Below, piece by piece: positions 36,501-49,700 of a DNA stretch of 64,000 nt. A model generated the notes under the pieces. That model searched no databases. It had not been told where the DNA came from and worked only from the letters and a program-made list of their open reading frames with translations. The stretch is from Squalus acanthias (taxonomy: Eukaryota), in contig JASTWF010000035.1 of assembly GCA_030390025.1 (NCBI GenBank), positions 3,162,001 through 3,226,000 on the forward strand, read 5' to 3'. The translations under genes and the position numbers were made by a program. Within the stretch, counting starts at the first letter, position 1. Each line of letters begins with the position of its first letter.

Positions 36501-37026
36501 AGATATATTTCTTAAAGCTAAAGGTATCAAGGGATATGGGGAGAAGGCAGGTACAGGGTACTGAGTTTGGATGATCAGCCATGATCTCATCGAATGGTGG
36601 AGCAGGCTCGAGGGGCCGAATGGCCTACTCCTGCTCCTATCTTCCATGTTTCTATGTAACATAAGAAACAGGAGCAGGAGTCGGTCAATCGGCCCCTCGA
36701 GCCTGTTCCACAATTCAATAAGATCATGGCTGATCCAATCTTGGCCTCAACAATACTTTCCCGCTCTCTCCCCATACCCCTTGACTCCTTTGTAGTTGAA
36801 ATGTCTGTCAATCTCCGCCTTGAATATATTCAATGACTCCGCCTCCACAGATCTCTGGGGTGGAGAATTCCAAAGATTCACGACCCTCTGCGAGAAGAAG
36901 TTCCTCCTCATCTCCGTCTTAAATGGGCGACCCCTTATTCTGAAACTATGCCCCCTAGTTCTAGATATCCCCACTAGCGGAAACATCCTCTCAGCATCTA
37001 CCCTGTCAATCCCCCTCGGAATCTTA

Positions 37027-39760
37027 AATAACAACAGAAAATGCTGGAAATACTCAGCAGGCCAGGCAGCATCCGTGGAGAGAGAAACAGAGTTAACATT
37101 TCAGGTCTGGGACCCTTCATCAGAACTGGAAAAAGCTGGAGATGTAACAGGTATTAAGCAGGTGCAGAGACAGGGTGGGGGGGGGGGGGGTTTAGGAGCG
37201 GAGGAAGGAGTTGAAAGAATATACTGTGCTTATGTAAGAGGCAGGAAAGATAAAATGTTGCAAATGGGAATGGCAAAATCATACAGCATGAAAAATGGGG
37301 GCAGGGATTATTGTCTGAAATTGTTGAACTTGATGTTAAGTCCGGAAGGCTTTAAAGTGCCTAATCGAAAGATGAGGTGCTGTTCCTCGAGCTTACGTTG
37401 AGCTTCATTGGAACAATTTAGTAGGCCGATGACAGAGAGATCAGAGTGGGAGTGAAGCGGAGAATTAAAGTGACAGGCGACCGGAAGCTCAGGGTCACCC
37501 TTACGGACTGAACGGAGGTGTTCCGCAAAGCGGTCACTCAATCTGTGTTTGATCTCCCCAATGTAGAGGAGACCGCATCGTGAGCAGCAAATACAGTATA
37601 CTAAATTGCAAGAAGTACAAGTAAATCGCTGTTTCACCTGGAAGGGGTGTTTGGGGCCCTGGATAGTGGGAAGCAAGGAGGTAAAAGGGCATGTGTTGCA
37701 TCTCCTGCGCTTGCACGGGAAGGTGCCAGGCGAAGGAGAAGGGCTGTTAGGGGTGATTGAGGAGTGGACCAGGGTGTCGCAATGGGAGCGGTCCCTTCAG
37801 AATGCTGAAAGGGGAGGTGAGGGGAAGATCTGTTTGGTGGTGGGATCACGTTGGAGGTGGCAGAAATGGCGGCGGATTATCTGTTGAATGTGGAGGCTGG
37901 TGGGGTGAAAGGTGAGGACAAGGGGAACCCTATCGTGGTTCTGGGAGGGAGGGGAAGGGCTGAGAGCAGAAGTGCGGGAAATGGAACGGACACGGTCAAG
38001 GGCCGTGTCAACCACAGTAGAGGGGAATCCTCGGTTGAGGAAAAAGGAAGACATGTCGGAAGCACTGGTATGGAAGGTGGCATCGTCAGAACAGACGCGG
38101 CGGAGACGGAGAAACTGGGAGAATGGAATAGAGTCCTTACAGGAAGCGGGGTGGGAGGAAGTGTAGTCCAGGTAGCTGTGGGAATCAGTGGGCTTGTAGT
38201 GGATGTTTGTCGAAAGCCGATTGCCAGAAATGGAGACGGAGAAGTCAAGGAAGGGAAGGGAAGAGTCGGAGATGGACCATGTGAAGGTGAGGGAAGGGTG
38301 GAAATTGGAAGTAAAGTGAATGAACTTATCTAGTTCAGGTCGAGAGCAGGAAACGGCACCGATACAGTCATCGATGTACCGGAAAAAGAGGTGAGGGAGG
38401 GGACCTGAGTAGGACTGGAACAAAGAATGTTCCACATATCCCATGAACAGGCAGGCATAGCTAGGGCCCATGCGGGTTCCCATAGCAACACCTTTAATTT
38501 GGAGGAAGTGAGTGGAGTCAAAGGAGAAGTTGTTCAATGTGAGAACAAGTTCAGCCAGGCGGAGGAGGGTGGTGGTGGATGGGGACTGGTTGGGCCTCTG
38601 TTCAAGGAAGAAACGGAGCGCCCTCAGGCCGTCCTGGTGGGGGATGGAGGTGTAGAGGGATTGGACATCCCTAGTGAAAAGGAGATGGTTGGGGCCAGGA
38701 AACTGGAAACTGTTAAAGTGACGGAGGGCGTTGGAAGAGTCGCGAATGTAGGTGGGAAGAGACTGAACAAGGGGAGAAAAAATAGAGTCGAGATAGGAAG
38801 AGATAAGTTCCGTGGGGCAAGAACAGGCTGAAACGATGGGTCTACCAGGGCAGTCCTGTTTGTGGATCTTGGGAAGGAGGTAGAAGCGGGCTGTGCGGGG
38901 TTGGGGGACTATGAGGTTGGTGGCCATGGAGGGAAGATCTCCAGAGGAGATGAGGTCAGTGACAGTCTTGGAAACAATGGCCTGATGTTTGCTAGTGGGG
39001 TCATGGTCCAGGCGGAGGTAGGAGGAGGTGTCGGAGAGTTGGCGTTCAGCTTGCGCACGGTAGAGGTCGGTTCGCCAAACAACAACAGCACCACCCTTAT
39101 CAGCAGGTTTAACGACAATGTCGGGGTTGGATCGGAGAGAACGGATTGCTGCAAGTTCAGAGGGAGGTAGGTTGGAGAGAGAGGGGAGCAGAGAAATTGA
39201 GACGGCCGATGTCACGTCGGCAGTTAGCAATGAAAAGATCTAGAGAGGGTAAGAGGCCAGATGGAGGGGTCCAAGTAGAACGAGAATTTAGAAAGCGGGA
39301 GAAAGGGTCCGGTGTGCGGGGGGGAAGACTCCTGGCCAAAGAAGTGGGCACGGAGACGAAGGCGACGGAAAAAGAGCTCAGCATCGTGCCGAGCTCGAAA
39401 TTCATTGAGATGGGGGTGTAAGGGGATGAAGCTCAGGCCTTTGCTGAGGACTAATCGTTCGGGGTCAGAGAGGGGAAGGTCAGAGGGGATAGTGAAAACA
39501 TGGCAGGGGGTGAGATTGGGAGAAGGGGGGTCAGAGGAAAGTGACCGGGAAGAAGGTTCCGGAGGGGCGTTGCTGTCCGAGAGTTGATGAAGCTTGTGAT
39601 CCTTGACATCAGAAAGGAAGAAAAAAAGTTTTTTGTTGAAGCGTCGGATGAGTCGAAGGATGAAATGAAACTGTGGACCCGGACAGCTTTGAGATAGAGT
39701 GCGTCGGTGCTGCTGAAGAGAGAGGTCGAGAGTGTTATATGTTTCATATAACACTCTCGA
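37027..39760 (-). mobile_element. Penelope-like retroelement (RT plus GIY-YIG endonuclease), 5'-truncated and frameshifted
   Basis: KPADKGG, GVAMGTRMGPSYA and RYIDD in 37797..39230; NLVYCICCSRCGLLYIGE in 37308..37676; TSD CCTC(G/A)GAATCTTA at 37014-37026 and 39761-39773. Confidence 0.95.
37091..37127 (-). ncRNA. Minimal hammerhead ribozyme motif in the 3' pLTR
   Basis: AGTT-CTGATGA-AGGGTC-CCA-GACCT-GAAA-TGTT-AACT; helix I AGTT/AACT; ATGT is probably a decayed palindromic ACGT. Confidence 0.75.
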
Positions 39761-40097
39761 CCTCAGAATCTTAGATGTTTCAATAAGATCACCTCTCATT
39801 CTTCTGAACTCCAATGAGTATAGGCCCAACCTGCTCAACCTTTCATCATACATCAACCCCTTCATCACAGGAATCAACCTAGTGAACCTTCTCTGCACTG
39901 CCTCCAACTTCCTGAAATATGGAGACCAAAACTGTACGCAGTACTCCAGGTTGCGGTCTCACCAGCGCCCTGTAAAGTTGCATCAAAACTTCCCTATTTT
40001 TATACTCCATACCCTTACAATAAAGGCCAACATTCCATTAGCCTTCCTAATTACTTGCTGTACCTGCATGCTAACTTTTTGTGTTTTGTGTTTCATG

Positions 40098-41086
40098 GGC
40101 AGTGTCCTCGGCCCAACCATCTTCAGTTGCTTCATCAATGACCTTTCCCTCCAACATAAGGTCAGAAATGGGGATGTTCGCTGATGACTGCACAGTGTTC
40201 AGTGCCATTCACAACTCCTCAGATAATGAAGCAGTCCATGCCCGTATGCAACAAGACCTGGACGACGTTCAGGCTTGGGCTGATAAGTGGCAGGTAACAT
40301 TCGCGCCACAGAAGTGCCAGGCAATGACTATCTCCAACAAGCGAGAGTCTAAACACCGCCCCTTGACATTCAATGGCATTACCATCACCGAATCCCCCAC
40401 CATCAACATCCTGGGGGTCACCATTGACCAGAAACTGAACTGGACCAGCCACATAAATACTGTGGCAACAAGAGCAGGTCAGAGGCTAGGTATTCTGTGG
40501 TGAGTGTCTCACCTCCTGATTCCCGAAAGCCTTTCTACCATCTACAAGGCACAAGTAAAGAGTGTGATGGAATACTCTCCACTTGCCTGGATGAGTGCAG
40601 CTCCAACAACACTCAAGAAGCTCGACACCATCCAAGACAAAGCAGCCTGCTTGATTGGCACTCCCCCTACCACCTTAAACATCCACTCCCTCCACCACCG
40701 GCGTACCGTGGCTGCAGTGTGTACCATCTACAAAATGCACTGCAGCAACTCGCCAAAGCTTCTTCAGCAGCACCTCCCAAACCTGCGACCTCTTCCACCT
40801 AGAAGGACAAGGGCAGCAGACGCACGGGAACACCATCACCTCCAAGTTCCCCTCCAAGTCACACATCATCCTGACTTAGAAGTATATCGCTGATCCTTCA
40901 TCGTCGCTGGGTCAAAATCCTGGAACTCCCTCCCTAACAGCACTGTGGGAGTACCTTCACCACACGGACTGCAGCGGTTCAAGAAGGCGGCTCACCACCA
41001 CCTTCTCGAAGGGCAACTAGAGATGGGCAATAAATGCCGGCCTTGCCAGCGACGCCCACATCCCATAAAAAAAACGAATAAAAAAA
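40098..41086 (+). mobile_element. 5'-truncated LINE of a distinct CR1/L2-group family with an A-rich tail
   Basis: GSVLGPTIFSCFINDL, MFADDC and ILGVTID motifs; AATAAA and A-rich end; a second 3' end lies on the minus strand at about 51870-51960. Confidence 0.85.
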
Positions 41087-42294
41087 TGTACTAGGACCCC
41101 CAGATCCCTTTGTACCCCAGCATTCTGTAGTCTCACACCATTTAAATAATAATTTGCTTTTTCATTCTTCCTTCCAAAGTGGATAACCTCACATTTTCCC
41201 ACATTATTCTCCATCTGCCAGATTTTTGGCCGCTCGCTGAACCGATCTATGAAGGGAGGAGAAGAATTTCTGATATGTGCACAGGAGAATTTCTCGATTA
41301 ATATTTCTCCAGTCCAACAAGGAAGGAAGCAGTGTTGAATCTGGTCTGGGAAATTAAGTAGGGCAAGTGGAGTGTGTTACAGTTGGAAATCATCTCGCTA
41401 ACACTGACCACAACATAATTCGGTTTCATGTAATTATGGAAAGAGACCAGAAAATAGCAAAGGTAAAAATGCTCAACTGGGGAAGAACTAATTTCAGTGA
41501 TTTAAGAAGGGACCTCGCACAGGTAGACTGGAAAAGGCCATTGCAGGGTAAAGCAGTAACGGAGCAATGGGGGGCATTCAGGGAAGAGATAGTTCAAGTA
41601 CAAACTAGGCATGTTCCTTTGAAGGTTAAAGGTGGAGCATCCAAAGCTAATGCGCCGTGTATGACAAAGGAAATAAAAGTTAAAATAAAACAGATAAAGG
41701 AGGCTTATGACAAATGGCAGGAGCAAAATTCAGCTAATAACCAGGAAGATTATGGAGAGTACAGGAGGGAATTGAAAAAGTTAATACGGGAGGCAAAAAG
41801 AAGTTATGAGAAAAGATTAGCGGGCAACATTAAATTGAACCCTAAAACATTTTATAAAAATATAAATTGTAAGTGGTTTGCTGAGGAAAAAGTTGGGCCT
41901 ATTGAGGACCCATGTAGAGGCAGAGGACTTGGCTAAAGTATTAAATGAGTACTTTCATAGAATCATAGAAATTTACAGCACAGAAGGAATCCATTCGGCC
42001 CATCTTGTGCGTGCTGGCCGACAAAGAGCTATCCATCCTAATCCCACTTTCCAGCACTTGGTCCGTAGCCTTGTAGGTTATGGCACTTTGCATCTGTCTT
42101 CACAAAGGAAGTAGATGATGTGAAGGTTACACTAAAAGAGGAGAGGGTCGTTATGGACAGAATAATAATAGATAGAGAAGACGTACTAAAAAGATTGTTA
42201 CTGAAAGACAGTAAGTCACCTGGTCTGGATGGAATGCATCCTAGGTTGCTGAAAAAAGCTATGGTAGAAATAGCAGAGACATTGGTCATACTGT

Positions 42295-43955
42295 GTGGTG
42301 AATGGCTGTTTGGATACAAAATTGGCTAAGGGCTAGAAAAGAGAGTTATAGTGAAAGGCTGTTTTTCAGACTGGAGGGAGGCATACAGTGGAGTCCCCAA
42401 AGGTTCAGTACTAGGACCACTGCTGTTTTTGATGTACATTAATGACTTGGACTTGGGGGTACAGGTCACTATTTCAAAATTTGCAGATGACATGAAACGT
42501 GGAAGTGTAGTAAACAGTGAGGAAGATAGTGATAGACTTTAAGAGGACATAAATAGGCTGGTGGAATGGGAAGACACATGGAAGATGAAATTCAATAATG
42601 AAAAGTGTGAGGTGATACATTTTGGTAGAAAGACTGAGGAGAGACAATACATACTAAATGGCACAATTTTAAAGGGGGTGCAAGAACAGAGAGACCTGGG
42701 GGTGTTTGTGCACAAATCTTTGAAGGTGGCAGAACAGGTTAACAAAGCAGTTAATAAAGCATATGGGATCCTGAGCTTTATAAATAGAGGCATAGAGTGT
42801 ACAAAAGCCAGGAAGTTATGCTAAATCTGTATAAAACATTAGTTCGGCCCCAGCTGGAGTATTGTGCCCAATTCTGGACACCGCACTTTAGGAAGGACGT
42901 GAAGGCTTTGGAGAGGGTACAGAAGAGATTTACTAGAATGGTTCCAGGGATGAGGGATTGAAGTTATGTGGATAGACTGGAGAAGCTGGGGTTGTTCTCC
43001 TTAGAGCAGAGAAGGCTAAGAGGAGATTTGATAGAGATGTTCAAAACCATGAAGGGTTTAGATAGAGTTAATAAAGAGAAACTGTTTCCAATGGCTGAAG
43101 GGTCGAGAACTAGAGGACACAGATTTAAGGTGATTGGCAAAAGAACCAGAGGCGACATGAGGAAAAACTTTTTTACGCAGCGAGTGGTTAGGATTTGGAA
43201 TGCGCTGCCTGATAGGGTGGTGTTTACAGATCCAATAGTAACCTTTAAAGGGGAATTGGATAAATACTTGAAGGAGAAAAAATTGCAAGGATATGAGGAA
43301 AGAGTGGGGCAGTGGGACTCACTGGATTGCTCTTCGAAAGAGCCGGCGCAGACTCAATGGGCCGAATGGCCTCCTTCTGTGCTGTACTATTCTATGATTC
43401 TATGATGCACTTTGGGAGGAGTAATATGGAAGGACAGAATACTGTAAATGGCATGATTTTGAAAAGTGTAGATGAGCAGAGAGACCTTGGTCAAATCCTT
43501 AAAGGTGGCAGGGCAAGTTGATGAGGTGGTTAAAAAAGTATTTGGGTTACTTGGGTTTATAAATAGAGGAATAGAATATAAAAGTAGAGATCATGCTAGA
43601 ACTTTATAAATCACTGGTTAGGCCTCAGCTGGAGAATTGTGGACAATTCTGGGCACCACACTTCAGGAAAGATGTAAAGGCATAAGAAAGGGTACAGAGG
43701 AGATTTACCAGGATGTTACCAGGGATGAGGGACTTCAATTATGAGGAGAGTTTGAAAAAGTTAGGACTGTTCTCCTTGGAACAGAGAAGGTTAAGAGGTG
43801 ACCTAATAGAGGTTTCCAAGATGATGAGAGGTTTTGATAGAGTAGATAGAGAAAAACTATTCCCTCTGGCGAGTGGGTCAATAATCAGAGGCATAGATTC
43901 AAAATCATTGGCAAAAGATCGAGAGGGGAGACGAGTAGAAATGTTTCACTCAGTG
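42295..43955 (+). mobile_element. CR1 3' half (to about 43405) followed by an older CR1 fragment whose tail lies at about 51635-51848
   Basis: ORFs 42351..42542, 42561..42824, 42968..43405 and the start of 43713..44534. Confidence 0.85.
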
Positions 43956-46498
43956 GTTGTAATCTCTGGATTACTCCCAGTGCCACGTGCTAGTGAGTAT
44001 AGGAATAGGCAGATAGAGCAGATGAATGCGTGGCTAAAGAGTTGGTGCAGGAGGGAGGGCTTTAGTTTCCTGGATCACTGGGTCTGCTTCTGGGGAAGGT
44101 GGGGCCTGTACAAGTTGGATGGGTTGCACCTGAACCGGAACGGGACCAACATCCTTGCGGGGAGGTTTGCTAGTACTGTTGTGGGGGGGTTTAAACTAAC
44201 TTGGCAGGGGGATGGGATACGGAGTGGAGCTATAGTAGGGGGTGATGCACAGCCAAATATAGAGGAAAAAACAAGTCAGCCTGGAAGGCAGAGCAAATAT
44301 GTAACGGCACAAGGGAGTATGGCAAGGCTGGATGGCATTTATTTTAATGCAAGGAGTCTTGTGAGTAAGGCAGATGAATTGAAGGTGTTGATGAACACAT
44401 GGGAGTATGATATTGTTGCTATCACAGAGACATGGTTGAGGGAGGGGCAGGACTGGCAGCTCAATATTCCAGGGTATAGAATCTTCAGGCGAGACAGAGG
44501 GGGTGTAAAAGAGGAGGGGGTGTCGCAATATTAATCAAGGAGTCAATTACTGCTGTAAGGAGGGATGATATCTTAGCAGGTTCCTCTAATGAGGCCATAT
44601 GGGTAGAACATAGAAACAAAAAGGGGGCAAGCACTTTGCTGGGAGTGTACTATAGGCCCCCAAACAGTCAGGGGGAGATAGAGGAACAGATATGTAGGCA
44701 AATCTCAGAGAAGTGTAGAAATAATAGGGTAATAATAATAGGGGATTTCAACTTCCCCAATATTAACTGGGATAGTCAGAGTGTGAAAGGCTTAGAGGGT
44801 GCAGAATTCTTAAAGTGCATCCAGGAGAGCTTTTTGAGCCAGCATGTAGAAAGTCCTACAAGAGAGGGGGCGGTACTGGACCTAATTCTAGGGAATGTAG
44901 CCGGGCAAGTGGTAGAAGTGTTAGTAGGAGAGCATTATGGTGACAGTGATTATAATTCGGTGAGATTTAAGGTAGTCATGGAAAAGGACAAAGATGGACC
45001 GGAGATAAAGGTTCTAAATTTTGGGAAGGCCGATTTTAATATGATAAGGCAGGATCTGGCCAAAGTGGACTGGGATCAGCTACTTGTAGGAAAATCCACA
45101 TCAGAGCAGTGGGAGTCTTTCAGAAAGGAAATAGAGAGAGTACAACGGCAACAAAGGTCAAGGGTGGGACCAACAAGCCCAGGGAACCCTGGATGTCAAG
45201 GGATATATGAGAATGGATTAAGGGAAAAAAGGGAGGCTTTTGGCAGATACAAAAGACTAAAAACAGTGGAAGCCCTAGAGGAGTATAGAAAGTGCAGGGG
45301 GGTACTTAAAAAAGAAATTAGGAGAGCGAAGAGGGGGCATGAAATAACACTGGCGGGCAAAATAAAGGAAAATCCCAAGGTGTTTTATAAGTATATTAAG
45401 GGCAAGAGGATAACCAGGGAAAGAGTAGGGCCCATTTGGGACCAAAGTGGCAATCTGTGTGTAGAGCCAGAAGATGTAGGTGGGGTTTTAAATGAATATT
45501 TTGCATCTGTGTTCACTATGGAGAAGGACGATGTAGGCAGAGAAATCAGGCAGGGGGATTGTGATATACATGAGCAAATTAGTATTGAGAGGGAGGAGGT
45601 ACTAGCGGTTTTAGTGGGCTTAAAAGTGGATAAATCCCCAGGCCCAGACGAGATGTATCCCAGGCTGCTGCGTGAGGCAAGGGAGGAGATTGCAGGGGCT
45701 CTGACACAAATTTTTCAGAACCTCTCTGGCCACAGGGGAGGTGCCAGAGGACTGGAGGACAGCTAACATAGAACCATTATTCAAGAAGGGTAGTAGGGAT
45801 AAACCAGGGAATTACAGGCCAGTGAACCTAACATCAGTGGTAGGGAAATTATTGGAAAAAATTCTGAGGGACAGAATTAGTCTTCACTTGAAGAGGCAAG
45901 GATTAATCAAGGATAGTTAGCATGGCTTTGTCAGGGGGAGATCATGTCTGACCAACTTGATTGAATTTTTTGAGGGGGTGAATAGGTGTGTGGATGAGGG
46001 TAGTGCAGTTGGTGTAGTCTACATGGACTTCAGTAAGGCTTTTGACAAAGTCCCGCATGGGAGACTGGTCAAGAAGGTAAAAGCCCATGGGATCCAGGGC
46101 AATTTGGCACATTGGATCCAAAATTGGCTTAGTGGCAGGAGGCAGAGGGTGATGGTCGAAGATGTTTTTGTGAGTGGAAGCCTGTGTCCAGTGGTGTACC
46201 GCAGGGATCGGTGCTGGGTCCTTTGCTGTTTGTAGTGTACATTAATGATTTAGATATGAATGTAGGAGGTATGATCAGTAAGTTCGCAGATGACATGAAA
46301 ATTGGTGGGGTGGTAAATAGCGAGGAGGGAAGCCTCAGGCTACAGGACAATATAGACGAGTTGGTCAGATGTGCAGAACAGTGGCAAATGGAATTTAACC
46401 CTGAAAAGTGTGAGGTGATGCATTTTGGGAGGACTAACAAGGCAAGGGAATACACAATGAATGGTAGGACCCTAGGAAGGACAGAGGATCAGAGGGAC

Positions 46499-46692
46499 TG
46501 TGGTAACACAATACAGCTTCCTGTGACTCGAACTTTATTGCATCACTTCCTGTGATTAGTCCAGGATAAATACTGGACTGATCAGTTGGATCCTGGAGAG
46601 GCATAGAGTAAGACCTCTTTTGTATGTAGCAACTTTTTAGTTGATTAAAGCTTACTTTAAGTTCACCACGCGCAAGGCCCATTCTTACGACA
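46499..46692 (+). repeat. 5' LTR
   Basis: Identical to 50732-50925 except for 3 substitutions near the 3' end. Confidence 0.97.
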
Positions 46693-46770
46693 ATTTAATC
46701 AACTTTGGAAAACTTCGCACTCAAACTTTTTGGACGAACTCGGAACTAAGGATCCAGGGAATCACCCATC

Positions 46771-49700
46771 ATGGAAAACATCCTTAAACCATCGCGTCTT
46801 GACTTGGACCCAAACACCCCAGCAGCCGGTAAGGTGTGGAAACACTGGTATCGCACGTTTGACAATTTTCTGGAATATTGCAAGGCTGATGATGACTCAA
46901 CGTTGCGGATACTCATCAACTGTGTCACCCCGAATGTATTTCAGTATGTGGAGGAATGGGGCAGTTACGAGGAGGCAATTCGGACGCTTAAGAGACTATA
47001 TACTAAGACACCGAATGAGGTCTATGCCAGACATCTACTAGCTACAGCCTAACAAGGGCCGGAGGAATCCATTGATAAATTCCTCCAAGAGCTTCGCAGA
47101 CTTAGTATGGACTGTAACTTTCAGGCGGCCTCAGCTGAGCTGTACCGTGAAGAAATGATCCGTGATGCTTTCATCTGCGGGCTTGCCTCCCCATTTATAC
47201 GCCAGCGTCTACTGGAAAGTAAGACACTTGAGCTTCAGAGAGCTTATGACATGGCTTGCTCTCTAGATCTGGCAAAAAGAAATGCAGACCTTTATACAGT
47301 GCCCAGACCTCGGTCTACTGCCTTAACTACAGTCAGGCAATTTAAGAGGCCACAGGTGAACTCTATTATCCCTGACGATCAATCTGATGACTTCACTGAT
47401 GAAGAGGATGATGACCCCACTGTGGCAGCCTCTTGGCAATCTAAGAAATGCTTCTTTTGTGGTGATGAGTTTCACCCTCGGAAATTCTGCCCTGCTCGCA
47501 ATGCGTTTTGCAGTCATTGCAACAAAAAGGGTCATTTTGCAAAGGTTTGCCTATCAAGAGCCTCTACGAGGGCTTATCAAGCTAAGTCCTACCGAACTGC
47601 CCCGGTAAGGGCCTATCAAGATGTTCCGGCTAACATCTATCGTGCTTCCTCTCGGGTTTCCTCTCGAAGAAACACACCTAGAGTTTCAGCCACTCTTTGT
47701 GGAACGACACCAATTACAGCTGCTTGTCCTCAGAACCTATTCCATGCAGCTACAAAAGCATCAATTAATGGACATACTTTAGATGCCTTAATTGACTCAG
47801 GTAGCACTGATAGTTTCATTAGGGAACAGATTGTTGCAGAGTTAAAGCTACATGTTTTCCCATCGGACCAGGCAGTTGCGATGGCTCAGTCATCACTTAA
47901 TACCAGAATTTCTGGCTTTTGTATGGTTGAAATAACACTTAATGGTCACAGGTATCCCTCCACCCGGCTTTCGGTGCTCAAGGATTTATGTAGTGATCTT
48001 ATCTTAGGGCTGGATTTTCAAAAGCAGCATAAGAAGCTCACCATTGAGTTCGGCGGATCCAAACCTGAACTCACTATTTCTAATATACGACCTCGATTAC
48101 CGTTCTGTGCATTGTCAGCAGCTTCACTGGATGAACCCTCACTGTTTACCAGTATCCCTCCTCGATGCAAACCGATTATAACAAAGTCACGACGTTTCAG
48201 TCAGGAAGACCAGTCTTTTATTGCGGCTGAGATTTCTCGGCTTTTAGCAGAGGATATCATCGAGCCTTGTTCGTCGCCATGGCGCGCCCAGGTCGTTATT
48301 GTTAAGAACCCTCTACAACCTCACAAGAAACGGCTGTGCATTGACTATTCACAGACCATCAATCAATATACGGACTTGGACGCATACCCATTGCCGCGCA
48401 TCGATGATATGGTTAATAAACTGGCTGAGTACACGGTGTTCTCAACATATGATCTGAAAAGTGCCTATCATCAGGTACCCTTGAAGGTCTCAGACAAGCA
48501 GTATACGGCCTTTGAAGCCAATGGACGGCTGTATCAATTTCGTCGCCTCCCCTTTGGGGTCACTAATGGAGTGGCTGTCTTCCAGCGAGCAATGGATGAC
48601 CTGGTCAAACAGGAAGACTTGAAGGATACGTTTCCTTATCTGGACAATATTACTGTCGCAGGTCGCAATCAGCGGGAACATGACGCCAATCTCCAACGAT
48701 TTTGGGATGCACGCCAGCACCGTAATTTGACATTAAATGCGGCTAAATCCATTGAGTCACAACCAACCATCAACATCCTTGGCTATTGTGTGGGCAATGG
48801 CATCATTAAACCTGACCCTGAAAGGCTTCGCCCACTCCAAGAACTCCCGCCACCTAAGAATCCGGCCTCCTTGCGCCGGGCCCTCGGCCTGTTTGCATAC
48901 TATGCTAAATGGATTCCTAACTTCTCGGACCGAATCCAACCTCTACTGAAGGCCAGCACATTCCCACTAGACACAGCAGCTGTTGCAGCCTTTAACCTCC
49001 TGAAAAAACAGTTGGAGAAAGCGGCTCTTCACTCCATCGATGAGAGTCTTCCTTTTGTTGTTGAGTGTGATGCCTCGGAGGTGGCGATCTCGGCCACTCT
49101 GAATCAGGAAGGTCGTCCGGTGGCATTTTTGTCCAGGACTTTTCAAGGGGCTGAGCTACATTATCCTCCAGTCGAGAAAGAAGCTACAGCTATCATAGAG
49201 GCAGTATGGAAGTGGAGTCATCTCCTAGCTCGCCAGCACTTTACCTTAATCACGGACCAGCGATCGGTCGCCTTCATGCTCGATAATCGAAAACGGACCA
49301 AAATTAAAAATAATAAAATCCAGCTTTGGCGGCTGGAATTGGCCTCTTTTGGTTACACCATCCACTATCGACCTGGCAAGGAGAATGTGGCTCCGGATAC
49401 CCTCACACGAGCATTCTGCTCCGCCATGGCACCCTCTACGCTCGTAGACATCCATGATGGGTTGTGTCATCCGGGCGTTACTCGCATGCTACACTTCGTG
49501 CGGTCCCGAAATGTCCCATTCTCTACCGGGGATGTAAAGAAGATGTGCTCGGACTGCAGAGTCTGTGCGGAATTGAAACCTCAGTTTTTCCGCCCCTCGG
49601 GTGGTATACTCATACATGCGACCCAGCCAATGCAACGGCTTAGCATCGATTTTAAGGGGCCGTTGCCCTCTTCAACTCGCAACACTTATCTGTTGACCAT

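Larger units (their letters stand above)
31991..36657 (+). mobile_element. Full-length CR1 LINE
   Basis: 5' UTR, intact ORF1, ORF2 with stops and frameshifts (33918, about 35085, about 35475, 36166), 3' tail; flanked by ACATAAGAA at 31982-31990 and 36659-36667. Confidence 0.93.
36659..41250 (-). mobile_element. 5'-truncated CR1 in three pieces (36659-37026, 39761-40095, about 41086-41250)
   Basis: ORFs 36747..37034, start of 39224..39907, and 41017..41214; sequence rejoins across both insertions. Confidence 0.85.
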
